Below are positions 15,790 through 24,468 of a stretch of 64,000 nucleotides of DNA, in pieces. Positions within the stretch are counted from its first letter, which is position 1, and every line of letters begins with the position of its first letter. Origin of the DNA: Patescibacteria group bacterium (GTDB lineage: Bacteria > Patescibacteriota > Kazan-3B-28); assembly GCA_028717565.1 (NCBI GenBank), contig JAQUNP010000002.1:26054-90053 (forward strand), read 5' to 3'. The notes beneath the pieces were generated by a model. It was not told the origin of the DNA. It saw nothing but the letters and a program-made list of their open reading frames with translations, and ran no database searches. The position numbers and the translations under genes are program-made.

Positions 15790-16863
15790 ATGTTGTACGC
15801 AGTTATCGTTGCCGGTGGGCAGGGTACACGTTTGTGGCCTGCGAGTCGCAAGGTTTCTCCCAAACAAGTACGACCCTTTGATGGGGAGAAGACCATGCTG
15901 CAAAAGACCTACGACAGGGTTTGCCAAGTAGTTAGCCCTGAGCGGGTGCTTTTGGTGACTAACCATAAATATATAGAAGAGGTAAGAAAGCAAATCCCTC
16001 AGTTGATGGATGGGCAAATTATTATTGAGCCCAGTCCCAGAAACACGGCGCCAGCGGTAGGTTTGGCGGCGGCAGTTTTAGCCAAGCGCGATCCGGAGGC
16101 GGTGATGCTTAATGTCTGGGCGGATCACTATATAAAACATGAGGATGTCTACAAAGAAAAAGTTTTGCTAGCGGAGCAGCTCTTGGAGGCCAACCCACAA
16201 TATCTGATAGATATTGTAGCGAAGCCGGAGTATCCGGCGACAGGATATGGATATCTAGAGGCAGGTGCGCAGATTGCTGACGAGTTATGGTTGGCCAAGC
16301 GATTTGTCGAGAAGCCAGATACCGAAACAGCGCAGCAGTATCTGGAGGCAGGTAATTATTACTGGAACACAGCCATTTTTGTATGGAAGGTCAGAACCCT
16401 GCTTGATATGTACGCTCAGTTCAAGCCCGAGATGCACACAAAATTGATGCTTTTGCAGCAGGCCTGGGATACCGAGAACCAAGAGGAGGCGATGCTAAAG
16501 ATTTTTCCATACATGGAGTCCATTTCGGTTGACTACGCTATTTTTGAAAAAGCGACTAATATCGCTTTGATTCCTGCCAGTTTGGGCTGGAGAGATGTAG
16601 GTAGTTGGGACGCGATGTATGACGTCTTAAAAAATGGGGATGTCGATGAGGTGGTGACTCAAGGTAAAGTGATCAAGATTGATACAAAAAACGCTTTGAT
16701 TTTTAATGAAAATAAGGATAAGCTGGTGGCTGTAGTAGGCATGGAAGATGTGACTGTGGTGGACACTCCAGATGCCCTACTGGTGATTAGGAAGAGCAAG
16801 GATCAGGATGTAAAGGAGGTCATTAAAGTTTTGGAAGCAACGGGGGATGTGAAGCATTTATAG
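15790..16863 (+). CDS. manC: Mannose-1-phosphate guanylyltransferase (NTP-transferase family)
   Basis: MLYAVIVAGGQGTRLWPASR is the nucleotidyltransferase N-terminus. The ATG at 15790 lies 6-7 nt after a GATAAT/ATAATA -10, so the mRNA may be leaderless. Confidence 0.8.
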   Translation: MLYAVIVAGGQGTRLWPASRKVSPKQVRPFDGEKTMLQKTYDRVCQVVSPERVLLVTNHKYIEEVRKQIPQLMDGQIIIEPSPRNTAPAVGLAAAVLAKRDPEAVMLNVWADHYIKHEDVYKEKVLLAEQLLEANPQYLIDIVAKPEYPATGYGYLEAGAQIADELWLAKRFVEKPDTETAQQYLEAGNYYWNTAIFVWKVRTLLDMYAQFKPEMHTKLMLLQQAWDTENQEEAMLKIFPYMESISVDYAIFEKATNIALIPASLGWRDVGSWDAMYDVLKNGDVDEVVTQGKVIKIDTKNALIFNENKDKLVAVVGMEDVTVVDTPDALLVIRKSKDQDVKEVIKVLEATGDVKHL

Positions 16864-16866
16864 AAT

Positions 16867-18216
16867 ATGGGTAAGAGAGCTTGGTTAATTGGTGTGATTG
16901 TGGTGGTGCTTGTCGGAGCACTGATTGTGGATTTACCGGGTTTTGCCAAACTGTTGGGGATTTCGGCAGATTTTAGAGTACGCCAAGGATTGGATTTACA
17001 GGGTGGTACTCATTTAGTGTATGAAACTGACCTTTCGAAAGTAGAAGCTGGCGGTGAGGCCGATGCAGCAACCGGGGTAGTTGAGGTAATCCGCAGACGG
17101 ATTGACGCCCTGGGGGTGACCGAACCGACCATTCAAAAGACCCAGGACAACTCACGCGTGATAGTGGAGTTACCCGGTGTACAGAATGTCGATGAAGCCA
17201 TTGCTCTGATCGGTGAGACGGCACAGTTAGAGTTTCGCGAGGGGGTGGCGGGTAAGAGCTTGGATGACAATGGTGACATGACTTCCGCAAACTACGATGA
17301 TTGGGGGGATGTGGGTTTGACTGGTGCCAATTTTGTTAAGGCAGAAGTGCAGTTCGCCCAAGGGTCTACGGCTTTGGTCCAAGAGCCCCAGATTCAGATT
17401 ACCTTTGATGACGAAGGTCGCAAGATATTTGCCGAGGTAACAGGCCGGAATGTGGGTAAGCCCTTAGCCATTTTTTTGGATAAAGAATTGCTCTCAGCAC
17501 CAAATGTAAATGAAAAGATTGATAGTGATTCGGCAGTAATCAGCGGCAATTTTGATTTGCAGTCGGCCAAAAGTTTAGCGATTCAGCTAAACGCTGGTGC
17601 TTTGCCGGTGCCGATAAAATTGATTTCCCAGAGCAATATTGGAGCTACTTTGGGAACAGAATCAGTACAAAAAAGTATCACAGCTGGACTTCTGGGACTT
17701 TTGCTAGTGGTGTTGTTTATGATTATTTACTACCGTCTGCCAGGTGTCATCGCTTCGGTGGCATTGGTGATTTACGCACTGATTGCTATGGCGATATTTA
17801 TTGCTGTACCGGTTACGTTAACATTGGCTGGTATCGCCGGTTTTATTCTGTCTATTGGTATGGCGATTGATGCGAATATTTTGATTTTTGAGCGTATGAA
17901 AGAGGAATTGCGAGACGGGGCACCACTGCAGTCCGCGATTGATGCTGGTTTCAAACGGGCATGGAGCTCCATTCGAGATTCCAATATCTCGTCTTTGATT
18001 ACAGCTATTATTCTGTATTATTTTGGTTCAAGTCTGATTCGTGGGTTCGCCATCACGCTGGGCGTTGGTATTTTGGTGAGCTTGTTCTCGGCGCTGACGG
18101 TAACTCAAACCATTTTGAAACTTATTGCTTCGACTGGACTAAAGAATAATCTAGTGCTTTGGGGCCTAGGATCCAAGGGATTAAAAGGCCGGGAAAGGGT
18201 TGGTGGGGCGATATGA
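16867..18216 (+). CDS. secD: Protein translocase subunit SecD
   Basis: GLDLQGGTHLVYE, a periplasmic domain, and a C-terminal 6-TM block with IGMAIDANILIFERMKEE. Confidence 0.9.
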   Translation: MGKRAWLIGVIVVVLVGALIVDLPGFAKLLGISADFRVRQGLDLQGGTHLVYETDLSKVEAGGEADAATGVVEVIRRRIDALGVTEPTIQKTQDNSRVIVELPGVQNVDEAIALIGETAQLEFREGVAGKSLDDNGDMTSANYDDWGDVGLTGANFVKAEVQFAQGSTALVQEPQIQITFDDEGRKIFAEVTGRNVGKPLAIFLDKELLSAPNVNEKIDSDSAVISGNFDLQSAKSLAIQLNAGALPVPIKLISQSNIGATLGTESVQKSITAGLLGLLLVVLFMIIYYRLPGVIASVALVIYALIAMAIFIAVPVTLTLAGIAGFILSIGMAIDANILIFERMKEELRDGAPLQSAIDAGFKRAWSSIRDSNISSLITAIILYYFGSSLIRGFAITLGVGILVSLFSALTVTQTILKLIASTGLKNNLVLWGLGSKGLKGRERVGGAI

Positions 18217-19115
18217 ATATTCTAAAATGGCGTAAATTTTGGTTTGGAGTTTCGGGTGTGCTGTTGGCGGCTAGCGTGGCTTCAATGATTTGGTTTGGTT
18301 TTACATCAGGCATCGATTTCGTGGGAGGCACGGTTTTGGAAGTGCAAATGGATCTCGGCCAAGAGGTGATACTGCCTGACAATATGACTGCTACTAGCTA
18401 TTTAGAGTCAACTTATCAAGAAGCCACTGGTGAAGCCACGGCGGTGCAGAGCTCTGGTGAAAACAGATTTTTACTAAAAAGTAAGAGTATAACAAATGAG
18501 GCAAAATCGGCTTGGTTGGGGAAGGTCAAAACGATCTGGCCAGATGTAGTCGAGTTGCGGTTTGAGAGCGTAAGCCCAACGATCGGTCGTGAGGTAGTCA
18601 ACAAGGCCATATTTGCGGTGGTTTTGGCAGTGATTGCCATTTTGCTGTATGTAGCGTATTCATTCCGTCGGGTGCCTAGGCCAACTAGCTCATGGCAGTT
18701 TGGCGCGGCCGCAATCATGGCTTTGGGTCACGACATTTTGATTTTGCTAGGTGCCTATTCGTTGCTCGGCCATTTTTATGGCGCCGAGGTAGATAGTATG
18801 TTTGTGGTGGCGCTTTTGACTTTATTGGGATTTTCGGTGCATGACACGATTGTTACTTTTGACCGTCTGCGTGAGAACTTAATCAAAAAGGGCGGGGTGG
18901 AGTTTGAGCGGACTATGAACAATTCGGTGGTGGAGACCATTACTCGGTCTATCAACACTTCTTTTACGTTGGTGCTGGTGCTGCTGGCAATGGCGCTGAT
19001 GGGTGGACACACAATTTTCTTCTTTGTGCTAGCTTTGTTGGTGGGTGTAGTGGTGGGAACCTACTCTTCCATTTTTGTAGCATCCCCGTTGCTTTTGTTG
19101 TGGCATAAAAAATAA
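18213..19115 (+). CDS. secF: Protein translocase subunit SecF
   Basis: ATGA overlap with secD. Motifs GIDFVGGT and GFSVHDTIVTFDRLREN. Confidence 0.9.
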   Translation: MNILKWRKFWFGVSGVLLAASVASMIWFGFTSGIDFVGGTVLEVQMDLGQEVILPDNMTATSYLESTYQEATGEATAVQSSGENRFLLKSKSITNEAKSAWLGKVKTIWPDVVELRFESVSPTIGREVVNKAIFAVVLAVIAILLYVAYSFRRVPRPTSSWQFGAAAIMALGHDILILLGAYSLLGHFYGAEVDSMFVVALLTLLGFSVHDTIVTFDRLRENLIKKGGVEFERTMNNSVVETITRSINTSFTLVLVLLAMALMGGHTIFFFVLALLVGVVVGTYSSIFVASPLLLLWHKK

Positions 19116-19139
19116 GCGCCGAATTACGCTTAACCAATT

Positions 19140-19320
19140 GATACTTTGGTCTTGGCCAAAGTATCCAAAACCGCCGACCAGTCGTCGAAGCTATTCACCT
19201 AGAGAAATCTTTATTTCTCTCTTTGCTTGTGAACCGCTAACGCTAAGCACGCACGAATAGAATATTTGATTTCTCTGGTTCAGAACGCTTCTCCTCCGAT
19301 GGTCGAACGTAGAATGAGGC
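19140..19320. repeat. R1-like composite hairpin repeat (copy E), related to 58967-59147
   Basis: GATACTTTGG tctt GGCCAAAGTATC hairpin, then segments alignable by eye to copy D (ttcagaacgcttctcctccgatggtcga vs ttcaagacgctattttctccgacgctcga) with different but complementary internal stems. Confidence 0.45.
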
Positions 19321-19338
19321 CATTTTTATAGCTATTTG

Positions 19339-19372
19339 CAACGGCTCAAAATTTGAGCCGTTGATTTTTGGA
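19339..19372 (+). terminator. R2 (short form): intrinsic terminator after secF
   Basis: CAACGGCTC aaaattt GAGCCGTTG followed by ATTTTTGG. The same 9-bp stem occurs at 43963 and 59152. Confidence 0.7.
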
Positions 19373-19386
19373 GGATATACTAAGTT

Positions 19387-21078
19387 TTGATGATAATTGC
19401 CACAAAATCACAAACGCGCTGGATAGTGCCGGAAATTAACGAGCCGCCCCAGGAGCTTGGCGTTGAGGATTTTGTGTTAGCCCAACTTTTGTTGCAGAGG
19501 GGAATATTAACGCGAACGGAGGCCGAGAAGTTTTTGGACCCTAATCTAGCGGATTTGGCTGACCCGTTACTTTTGGATGGGATGGCGGAAGCGACTAAGC
19601 GTATCAAGCGCGCGGTGGCGGTCGGTGAGAAGATTACCATATATGGCGACTACGATGTGGACGGTGTAACCTCGGCTACATTGTTACGCCAGTGTCTAGC
19701 GGAGCTGGGGGCAGAGGCCGAAGTGTATTTGCCAGAGCGTACGACGGAGGGCTATGGCATCAATAAAGAAGCGGTTGAGCGGTTGGCGGCTCAAGGGACT
19801 AGCTTAATGATATCGGTGGATACGGGGACTACGGCAGTGGCAGAGATTGCTTTGGCCAAAGCACTGGGGATGGATGTAATCGTAGTTGATCATCATCATG
19901 TTCCCTCAACTTTGCCAGATGCGTTAGCGGTTATTAATCCGCATCGACCAGGTCAGGCCTATCCTTGTAGCGATTTGGCAGCAGTAGGGGTGACGTACCG
20001 TCTGGCATGTGCGCTGGTGGGTGACAAGGCCAACCAGTGGCTCGACTTGGTGGCACTAGGCACAGTGGCAGACGTGGTGCCGCTAGTGGGCGAGAACAGG
20101 ACACTTACAGTTTTTGGCTTGATGGCTTTAAACCAAACTGCCAACATTGGAATCCGAGCACTGGTGGATGTAGCCGGTTTGGCCGACAAGAAACTCGAGG
20201 TGTACCATATTGGTTTTCAGCTAGGGCCACGCCTTAATGCAGCCGGCAGGATTGATCACGCGTCGGTGGCGTATCAGCTTTTAAATACCGCTGATGTGGC
20301 TAAGGCACATGCATTAGCCAAAGAGCTGAATGCATTGAATGCTAGGCGTCAGGAGATGACGGATAATATTTTGAAAAGTGCATGTACGCTAGAACGGCAG
20401 TGGGCGAATGAAAAAATGATTATTGTCGAAAATGAGGGCTGGTCAGTAGGTGTAGTGGGGATTGTAGCAGGCCGGTTGGTGGAAAAATATTCTAAACCGG
20501 CGATAGTTTTTGAGCAACAAGACGATGTTTTGAAGGGCTCAGCCAGAAGTGTGGATGGCGTGCACATTGTGGAGCTGCTGGATGAGGTGGCAGAGTGGCT
20601 GGTCGGTTATGGTGGACATGCCAAGGCGGCTGGAATTACGGTGGCGAAGACGAATTACGATAAGTTCAAGCGGGCCTTGTTGCAAGTGGCTCATGATAAG
20701 ATTGATGAAAATTGTTTAAGTCCGTCTGTTAATGTGGCGTTGACATTGGATGTTGGTCTAGTGACTGATCGGTTGTTGGCGACGGTGGAGCAGATGGCGC
20801 CCTTTGGTTTTGGTAATCCAACACCGGTGTTTGGTGTAGAGGGTGTTACTCTAGAGAAAATTGACACCTTTGGTTTCGGCTCAACATTGATTAAAATGAT
20901 GTTCAAAGACACGCAAGGCAAGGCGACTGATGTGATAGGTTTTGATAAAGACGGTGAACTCTTGTTGCGATTGACTAGGGGCCAGAAATATAATGTGGCA
21001 TTTACAATGTCAATAAATGAGTTCAAGGGGAAACGGTTTCGTCAGCAGAAGTTGGTGGACTTGCAGACAGCAGTTTAG
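19387..21078 (+). CDS. recJ: Single-stranded-DNA-specific exonuclease RecJ
   Basis: DHH-family motifs IYGDYDVDGVTS, SVDTG, VVDHHH and GGHAKAAG. The start is TTG 19387 or ATG 19390. Confidence 0.88.
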   Translation: MMIIATKSQTRWIVPEINEPPQELGVEDFVLAQLLLQRGILTRTEAEKFLDPNLADLADPLLLDGMAEATKRIKRAVAVGEKITIYGDYDVDGVTSATLLRQCLAELGAEAEVYLPERTTEGYGINKEAVERLAAQGTSLMISVDTGTTAVAEIALAKALGMDVIVVDHHHVPSTLPDALAVINPHRPGQAYPCSDLAAVGVTYRLACALVGDKANQWLDLVALGTVADVVPLVGENRTLTVFGLMALNQTANIGIRALVDVAGLADKKLEVYHIGFQLGPRLNAAGRIDHASVAYQLLNTADVAKAHALAKELNALNARRQEMTDNILKSACTLERQWANEKMIIVENEGWSVGVVGIVAGRLVEKYSKPAIVFEQQDDVLKGSARSVDGVHIVELLDEVAEWLVGYGGHAKAAGITVAKTNYDKFKRALLQVAHDKIDENCLSPSVNVALTLDVGLVTDRLLATVEQMAPFGFGNPTPVFGVEGVTLEKIDTFGFGSTLIKMMFKDTQGKATDVIGFDKDGELLLRLTRGQKYNVAFTMSINEFKGKRFRQQKLVDLQTAV

Positions 21079-21114
21079 ATTTTTCTTGAGCCCTTATATA
21101 TAATGATGAGAGAG

Positions 21115-21254
21115 TATGCCCCGTAGAGAATTTTAGAATGATTGCTGAAGATGTACTCTTAGACGGGCATGGGGGTGTAGAGACGGAGGTTTTTATAGCT
21201 GTGCATGAGAATGACAATCAAATAAAATTTTTCTAAAATCTTCTACAGGGTATG
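21115..21254 (+). promoter_or_regulatory. Structured leader element copy 2 (mini-ORF MPRREF) ending in the hisS start codon
   Basis: Same termini as copy 1 (TATGCCCCGTAGAGAATTTTAGAA ... TTCTAAAATCTTCTACAGGGTATG). Inner stem TGATTG/CAATCA. TATAAT at 21099-21104. Confidence 0.7.
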
Positions 21255-22529
21255 AAGGGTAAATTTCAAAAACCCAGGGGGACACAGGATATTTTGCCAT
21301 TGGAGCAAAAGTACTGGTTTTGGATAGAAGACAATTTCCGGGCTGTAATGACTGCGGCCGGTTTTGGACGCATTATTTTTCCTACGTTTGAGGACACGGC
21401 CTTGTTCTCTAGAAGCGTGGGTGAGGAAACGGATATTGTGGCCAAGGAAATGTACACTTTTGCAGATCGTGGTAAAAATTCTTTGACCCTACGTCCGGAA
21501 GGCACTGCCGGTGTGGCGCGGGCGTATATCGAGAACGGTATGCATAAAGAGCCACAGCCGGTGAAGCTGTATTATTTCGGCCCGATGTTTAGATACGATC
21601 GTCCGCAGGCCGGTCGTTATCGGGAGTTTTATCAAGGTGGGGCAGAGCTGTTTGGTGAAGAGGATCCGATTGTGGATGCGCAGATGATTGCAGTAATGAT
21701 TAAATTTTACAAGAAGCTGGGTTTGAAAAATTTGGTGGTACAGATTAATAGCATTGGTGACGCCAAGGGTAGACCCAAGCTAGAGAAAGCGCTGGTGGAC
21801 TTTTTGTCGGCGCATAGACGTCAACTTTCAGCTGAATCCAAGCGACGTTTGGCAAAAAACCCATTGCGAGTTTTGGACTCGAAGGAAAAAGAAGATCAGG
21901 CCATTGCCGACGAAGCTGGCGGGGTATTGTTGGACAATCTTAGCAAGGAATCTAAAACGTACTTCACTAAGGTCTTGGAGTATCTGGACGATATGGGTGT
22001 GAAGTACGAACTTAACCCCCGTCTGGTGAGAGGTCTGGATTACTATACGCATACAGTTTTTGAAATCATTGATGCTAGTACCGGCTTGGCGCTGGGTGGT
22101 GGCGGACGCTACGATGGTTTGATGAAGATTTTGGGTGGACCTGATACACCGGCGGTGGGCTGGGCGTTGGGAGTAGAACGAACTATAGATTGTCTCAAAA
22201 AACAGAAGGTGGATGTGCCAGAGGGTCCGAGTGTGGATGTATTTGTTATCCAGTTGGGTGATGAGGCCAAAAAGAAAGCCATTCGGGTGATTGATGAATT
22301 GGATGAGGCGGGTTATAGCGTTGGCCATGCACTAGGACGGGACAGTATCAAGGCGCAGCTCAGGGTGGCTGACAGGAACCAAGCTCGATTGGCGGTGATT
22401 TTGGGTGAGCGGGAAGTACATGACAAATCTGCTATTATTCGCGATTTGTCAGATGGTTCGCAAGAATCAGTGGCAGATAAATCGCTGTCGGCGGCAGTAG
22501 GACGTAAGCTGAAGGAGAAGAAAAAATAA
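21252..22529 (+). CDS. hisS: Histidine--tRNA ligase
   Basis: Class II motifs: RGTQDILP, LRPEGTAGVARAY, FRYDRPQAGRYREF and GGGRYDGL. Confidence 0.92.
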   Translation: MKGKFQKPRGTQDILPLEQKYWFWIEDNFRAVMTAAGFGRIIFPTFEDTALFSRSVGEETDIVAKEMYTFADRGKNSLTLRPEGTAGVARAYIENGMHKEPQPVKLYYFGPMFRYDRPQAGRYREFYQGGAELFGEEDPIVDAQMIAVMIKFYKKLGLKNLVVQINSIGDAKGRPKLEKALVDFLSAHRRQLSAESKRRLAKNPLRVLDSKEKEDQAIADEAGGVLLDNLSKESKTYFTKVLEYLDDMGVKYELNPRLVRGLDYYTHTVFEIIDASTGLALGGGGRYDGLMKILGGPDTPAVGWALGVERTIDCLKKQKVDVPEGPSVDVFVIQLGDEAKKKAIRVIDELDEAGYSVGHALGRDSIKAQLRVADRNQARLAVILGEREVHDKSAIIRDLSDGSQESVADKSLSAAVGRKLKEKKK

Positions 22530-22583
22530 GCAAAATCCCTCGGTCTAACTTGGGACAGTGGCTATATTCAATTAATTGGTGAT

Positions 22584-22907
22584 GTGATGAACGATAGCAA
22601 GTGGGCGGACCTAATAACCAATGTCGAGTCCAAGTTTGAGGTGTTGGAGAACTCAAAGTATGACATAGAAGATATTCCCAATGCCTTTGCTGAGGTTGTA
22701 GTGTTCATGGGCCCACTAGGCAAGATGAAGTTAGAGCGAGTGACGAGGCCGCGAGTAGTGGGAGAAAAAACTTTTGGGGGTTCAAAATATGGTGCGGCGA
22801 GTGGCACGGAAAAGATTTACAGTGAAGACGAATTTGTGAATGTAATGAGGGTCTATCGCGAGGTGGGTGGTGAGTGGCAAGAGGTGGATGAAGGGATGTT
22901 TGGATAA
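22584..22907 (+). CDS. Hypothetical protein
   Basis: 107-aa ORF in the co-directional gap. I recognise no motif and the RBS is weak. Confidence 0.4.
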   Translation: MMNDSKWADLITNVESKFEVLENSKYDIEDIPNAFAEVVVFMGPLGKMKLERVTRPRVVGEKTFGGSKYGAASGTEKIYSEDEFVNVMRVYREVGGEWQEVDEGMFG

Positions 22908-22941
22908 AAACCCCGCGCCAGGAGAGCAGGGCGGGGTTTAA
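22906..22941. terminator. Bidirectional terminator hairpin
   Basis: AAACCCCGC ..14 nt.. GCGGGGTTT between convergent ORFs, with A-run and T-run flanks. Confidence 0.65.
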
Positions 22942-22960
22942 AAGAGGATATCTTGGGGGC

Positions 22961-23218
22961 TTAGGTCTGCTCGATGATGCGCATCAAGTCGCCGACAGTT
23001 GCTAGTGTGGTCTCGTTAACTTCGTTGGGGTCAAGCTTTAACCCCAGCTCCCACTCTGCCCGCCAGAGGATGTCAGCCAAGTCCATGATAGTGGCGTTAA
23101 GGTCGTCTACCAGATGGGTCTCTGGAGTAAGAGCTTGTCTCCCCTCGGGTCGCAACATCAAACAGCCACCGATGATATCTCTACACAGCTCTAAGGTGCT
23201 GGGACCGGAATCGTTCAT
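22961..23218 (-). CDS. Acyl-carrier-protein-like small protein lacking the phosphopantetheine Ser
   Basis: 85 aa. DDLNATIMDLADILWRAEWELGLKL aligns by eye to the ACP segment [24 protein letters not shown], with Thr in place of the DSL Ser. Own promoter TTGACG-17-GATAAT and GGGAGG SD on the minus strand. Confidence 0.45.
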   Translation of the reverse strand: MNDSGPSTLELCRDIIGGCLMLRPEGRQALTPETHLVDDLNATIMDLADILWRAEWELGLKLDPNEVNETTLATVGDLMRIIEQT

Positions 23219-23302
23219 AATCGATATTTCCTCCCGATTTGGTTATCAGTCCAAGTGGATTATCTGCCAGAGTTTTTCTAGCGTCAATGTTATGATGAGG
23301 AC

Positions 23303-23965
23303 ATGGATAACGATAAACCAATCAAGCTATCGCCGAGCAGTTTGAATTTGTATCTGGAATGTCCCAGATGTTTTTGGTTACATCACAATCGTGGCATCAA
23401 GCGCCCGAGTGGAATTTTTCCGTCTCTGCCAGGAGGCATGGATGGAGTTTTAAAAGTGTATTTCAATGAATACCGGGGGACGGGGACTCTACCTCCAGTG
23501 ATTGAGGGCAAGGTGAAGGGAGAGTTGATGAATCCGTTGCCCGCCTCACTTTTTTACAAGGATGAAAAAAACTGTGCGGTACTCTGGGGGAAGCTAGATG
23601 ATGCGCTGGATTTTGGTGATGGGAAATTTGCACCACTGGACCATAAGACACGCGGGTATCCTCCAAAGGATGAGATTCTGGCGCCGTATCAGCTGCAGAT
23701 GGATGTCTATGATATGTTGATGGCTGCAAATGATATGCCAACCAAACATGTGGCTTATTTGGTGTATTATTATCCAACTCCGGGGCAACTGCATGACCAT
23801 TTTCCTTTCGAGGTAGTGGTGAAGGAGGTGCCAACTGATCCGCAACGTGCCACAAAGATTTTTGAGAGGGCGGTGGGACTATTGCGAGAAGAGGAAATGC
23901 CGGCTCCGAGCAAAACTTGTGAGTATTGCGGCTGGGCACAAGCGCTAAATAATCTGGAGGATTGA
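23303..23965 (+). CDS. PD-(D/E)XK (RecB/Cas4-like) nuclease family protein with N- and C-terminal Cys pairs
   Basis: SPSSLNLYLECPRCFW, GKLDD, LDHKT (D..K), YQLQMDVY (QxxxY) and C-terminal CEYCGW. TGtTATGAT plus 6 nt precedes the ATG. Confidence 0.65.
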   Translation: MDNDKPIKLSPSSLNLYLECPRCFWLHHNRGIKRPSGIFPSLPGGMDGVLKVYFNEYRGTGTLPPVIEGKVKGELMNPLPASLFYKDEKNCAVLWGKLDDALDFGDGKFAPLDHKTRGYPPKDEILAPYQLQMDVYDMLMAANDMPTKHVAYLVYYYPTPGQLHDHFPFEVVVKEVPTDPQRATKIFERAVGLLREEEMPAPSKTCEYCGWAQALNNLED

Positions 23966-23966
23966 A

Positions 23967-24296
23967 GTGGAGGATAGTATTTTTTTCAAATTTGCGACTG
24001 GGGAATTAAGACCGGATACGGTCAGATATGAGGACGAGGAGCTGCTGGCGTTTGATGATATTCATCCAGACGCTCCTATCCATATCTTGGTCATCCCGAA
24101 AAAGCCGATTCAAAGTGTGGCCGACATGACACAGGAGGACGCTGCAATAGTGGGCAAGATGATATTGCTAACTAAGAAATTAGCGGAGGAGATGGGGGTA
24201 GCCGAATCTGGCTATAAGGTGACTTTTAACGTCAGGGAGGGGGGAGGGCAGATTATTCCCTATCTACACCTGCATTTGCTGGCAAATAAACCTTGA
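23967..24296 (+). CDS. HIT-family nucleotide hydrolase
   Basis: GTG start. The C-terminus carries the HLHLHLL histidine triad; 109 aa. Confidence 0.85.
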   Translation: MEDSIFFKFATGELRPDTVRYEDEELLAFDDIHPDAPIHILVIPKKPIQSVADMTQEDAAIVGKMILLTKKLAEEMGVAESGYKVTFNVREGGGQIIPYLHLHLLANKP

Positions 24297-24321
24297 TTAA
24301 TACATAAGAATCCGCTATAGT
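24293..24321 (+). promoter_or_regulatory. Promoter upstream of the rpsU leader
   Basis: TTGATT-17-TATAGT. The first ATG of the leader is 7 nt downstream (near-leaderless geometry). Confidence 0.6.
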
Positions 24322-24327
24322 TCTACC

Positions 24328-24468
24328 TATGCCCTGTAGAGAATTTTAGAATAATCAGCTGGAATGCCCCGCTTTTATTGCTAAATACTTTACGAACGGG
24401 CTGCAATGGGCCGGTGGGTTTGACGGCTGATCACAAATAACATTTTCTAAAATCTTCTAAAGGGTATG
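24328..24468 (+). promoter_or_regulatory. Structured leader element copy 3 (mini-ORF MPCREF) ending in the rpsU start codon
   Basis: TATGCCCTGTAGAGAATTTTAGAA ... TTCTAAAATCTTCTAAAGGGTATG. Inner stem ATCAGC/GCTGAT. Confidence 0.7.

Noticed and set aside
21099-21251. A T-box riboswitch upstream of hisS.
   Set aside because: There is no T-box consensus (…GGUGGNACCGCG…), no specifier-loop architecture and no terminator/antiterminator pair. The region is the shared mini-ORF hairpin leader instead.
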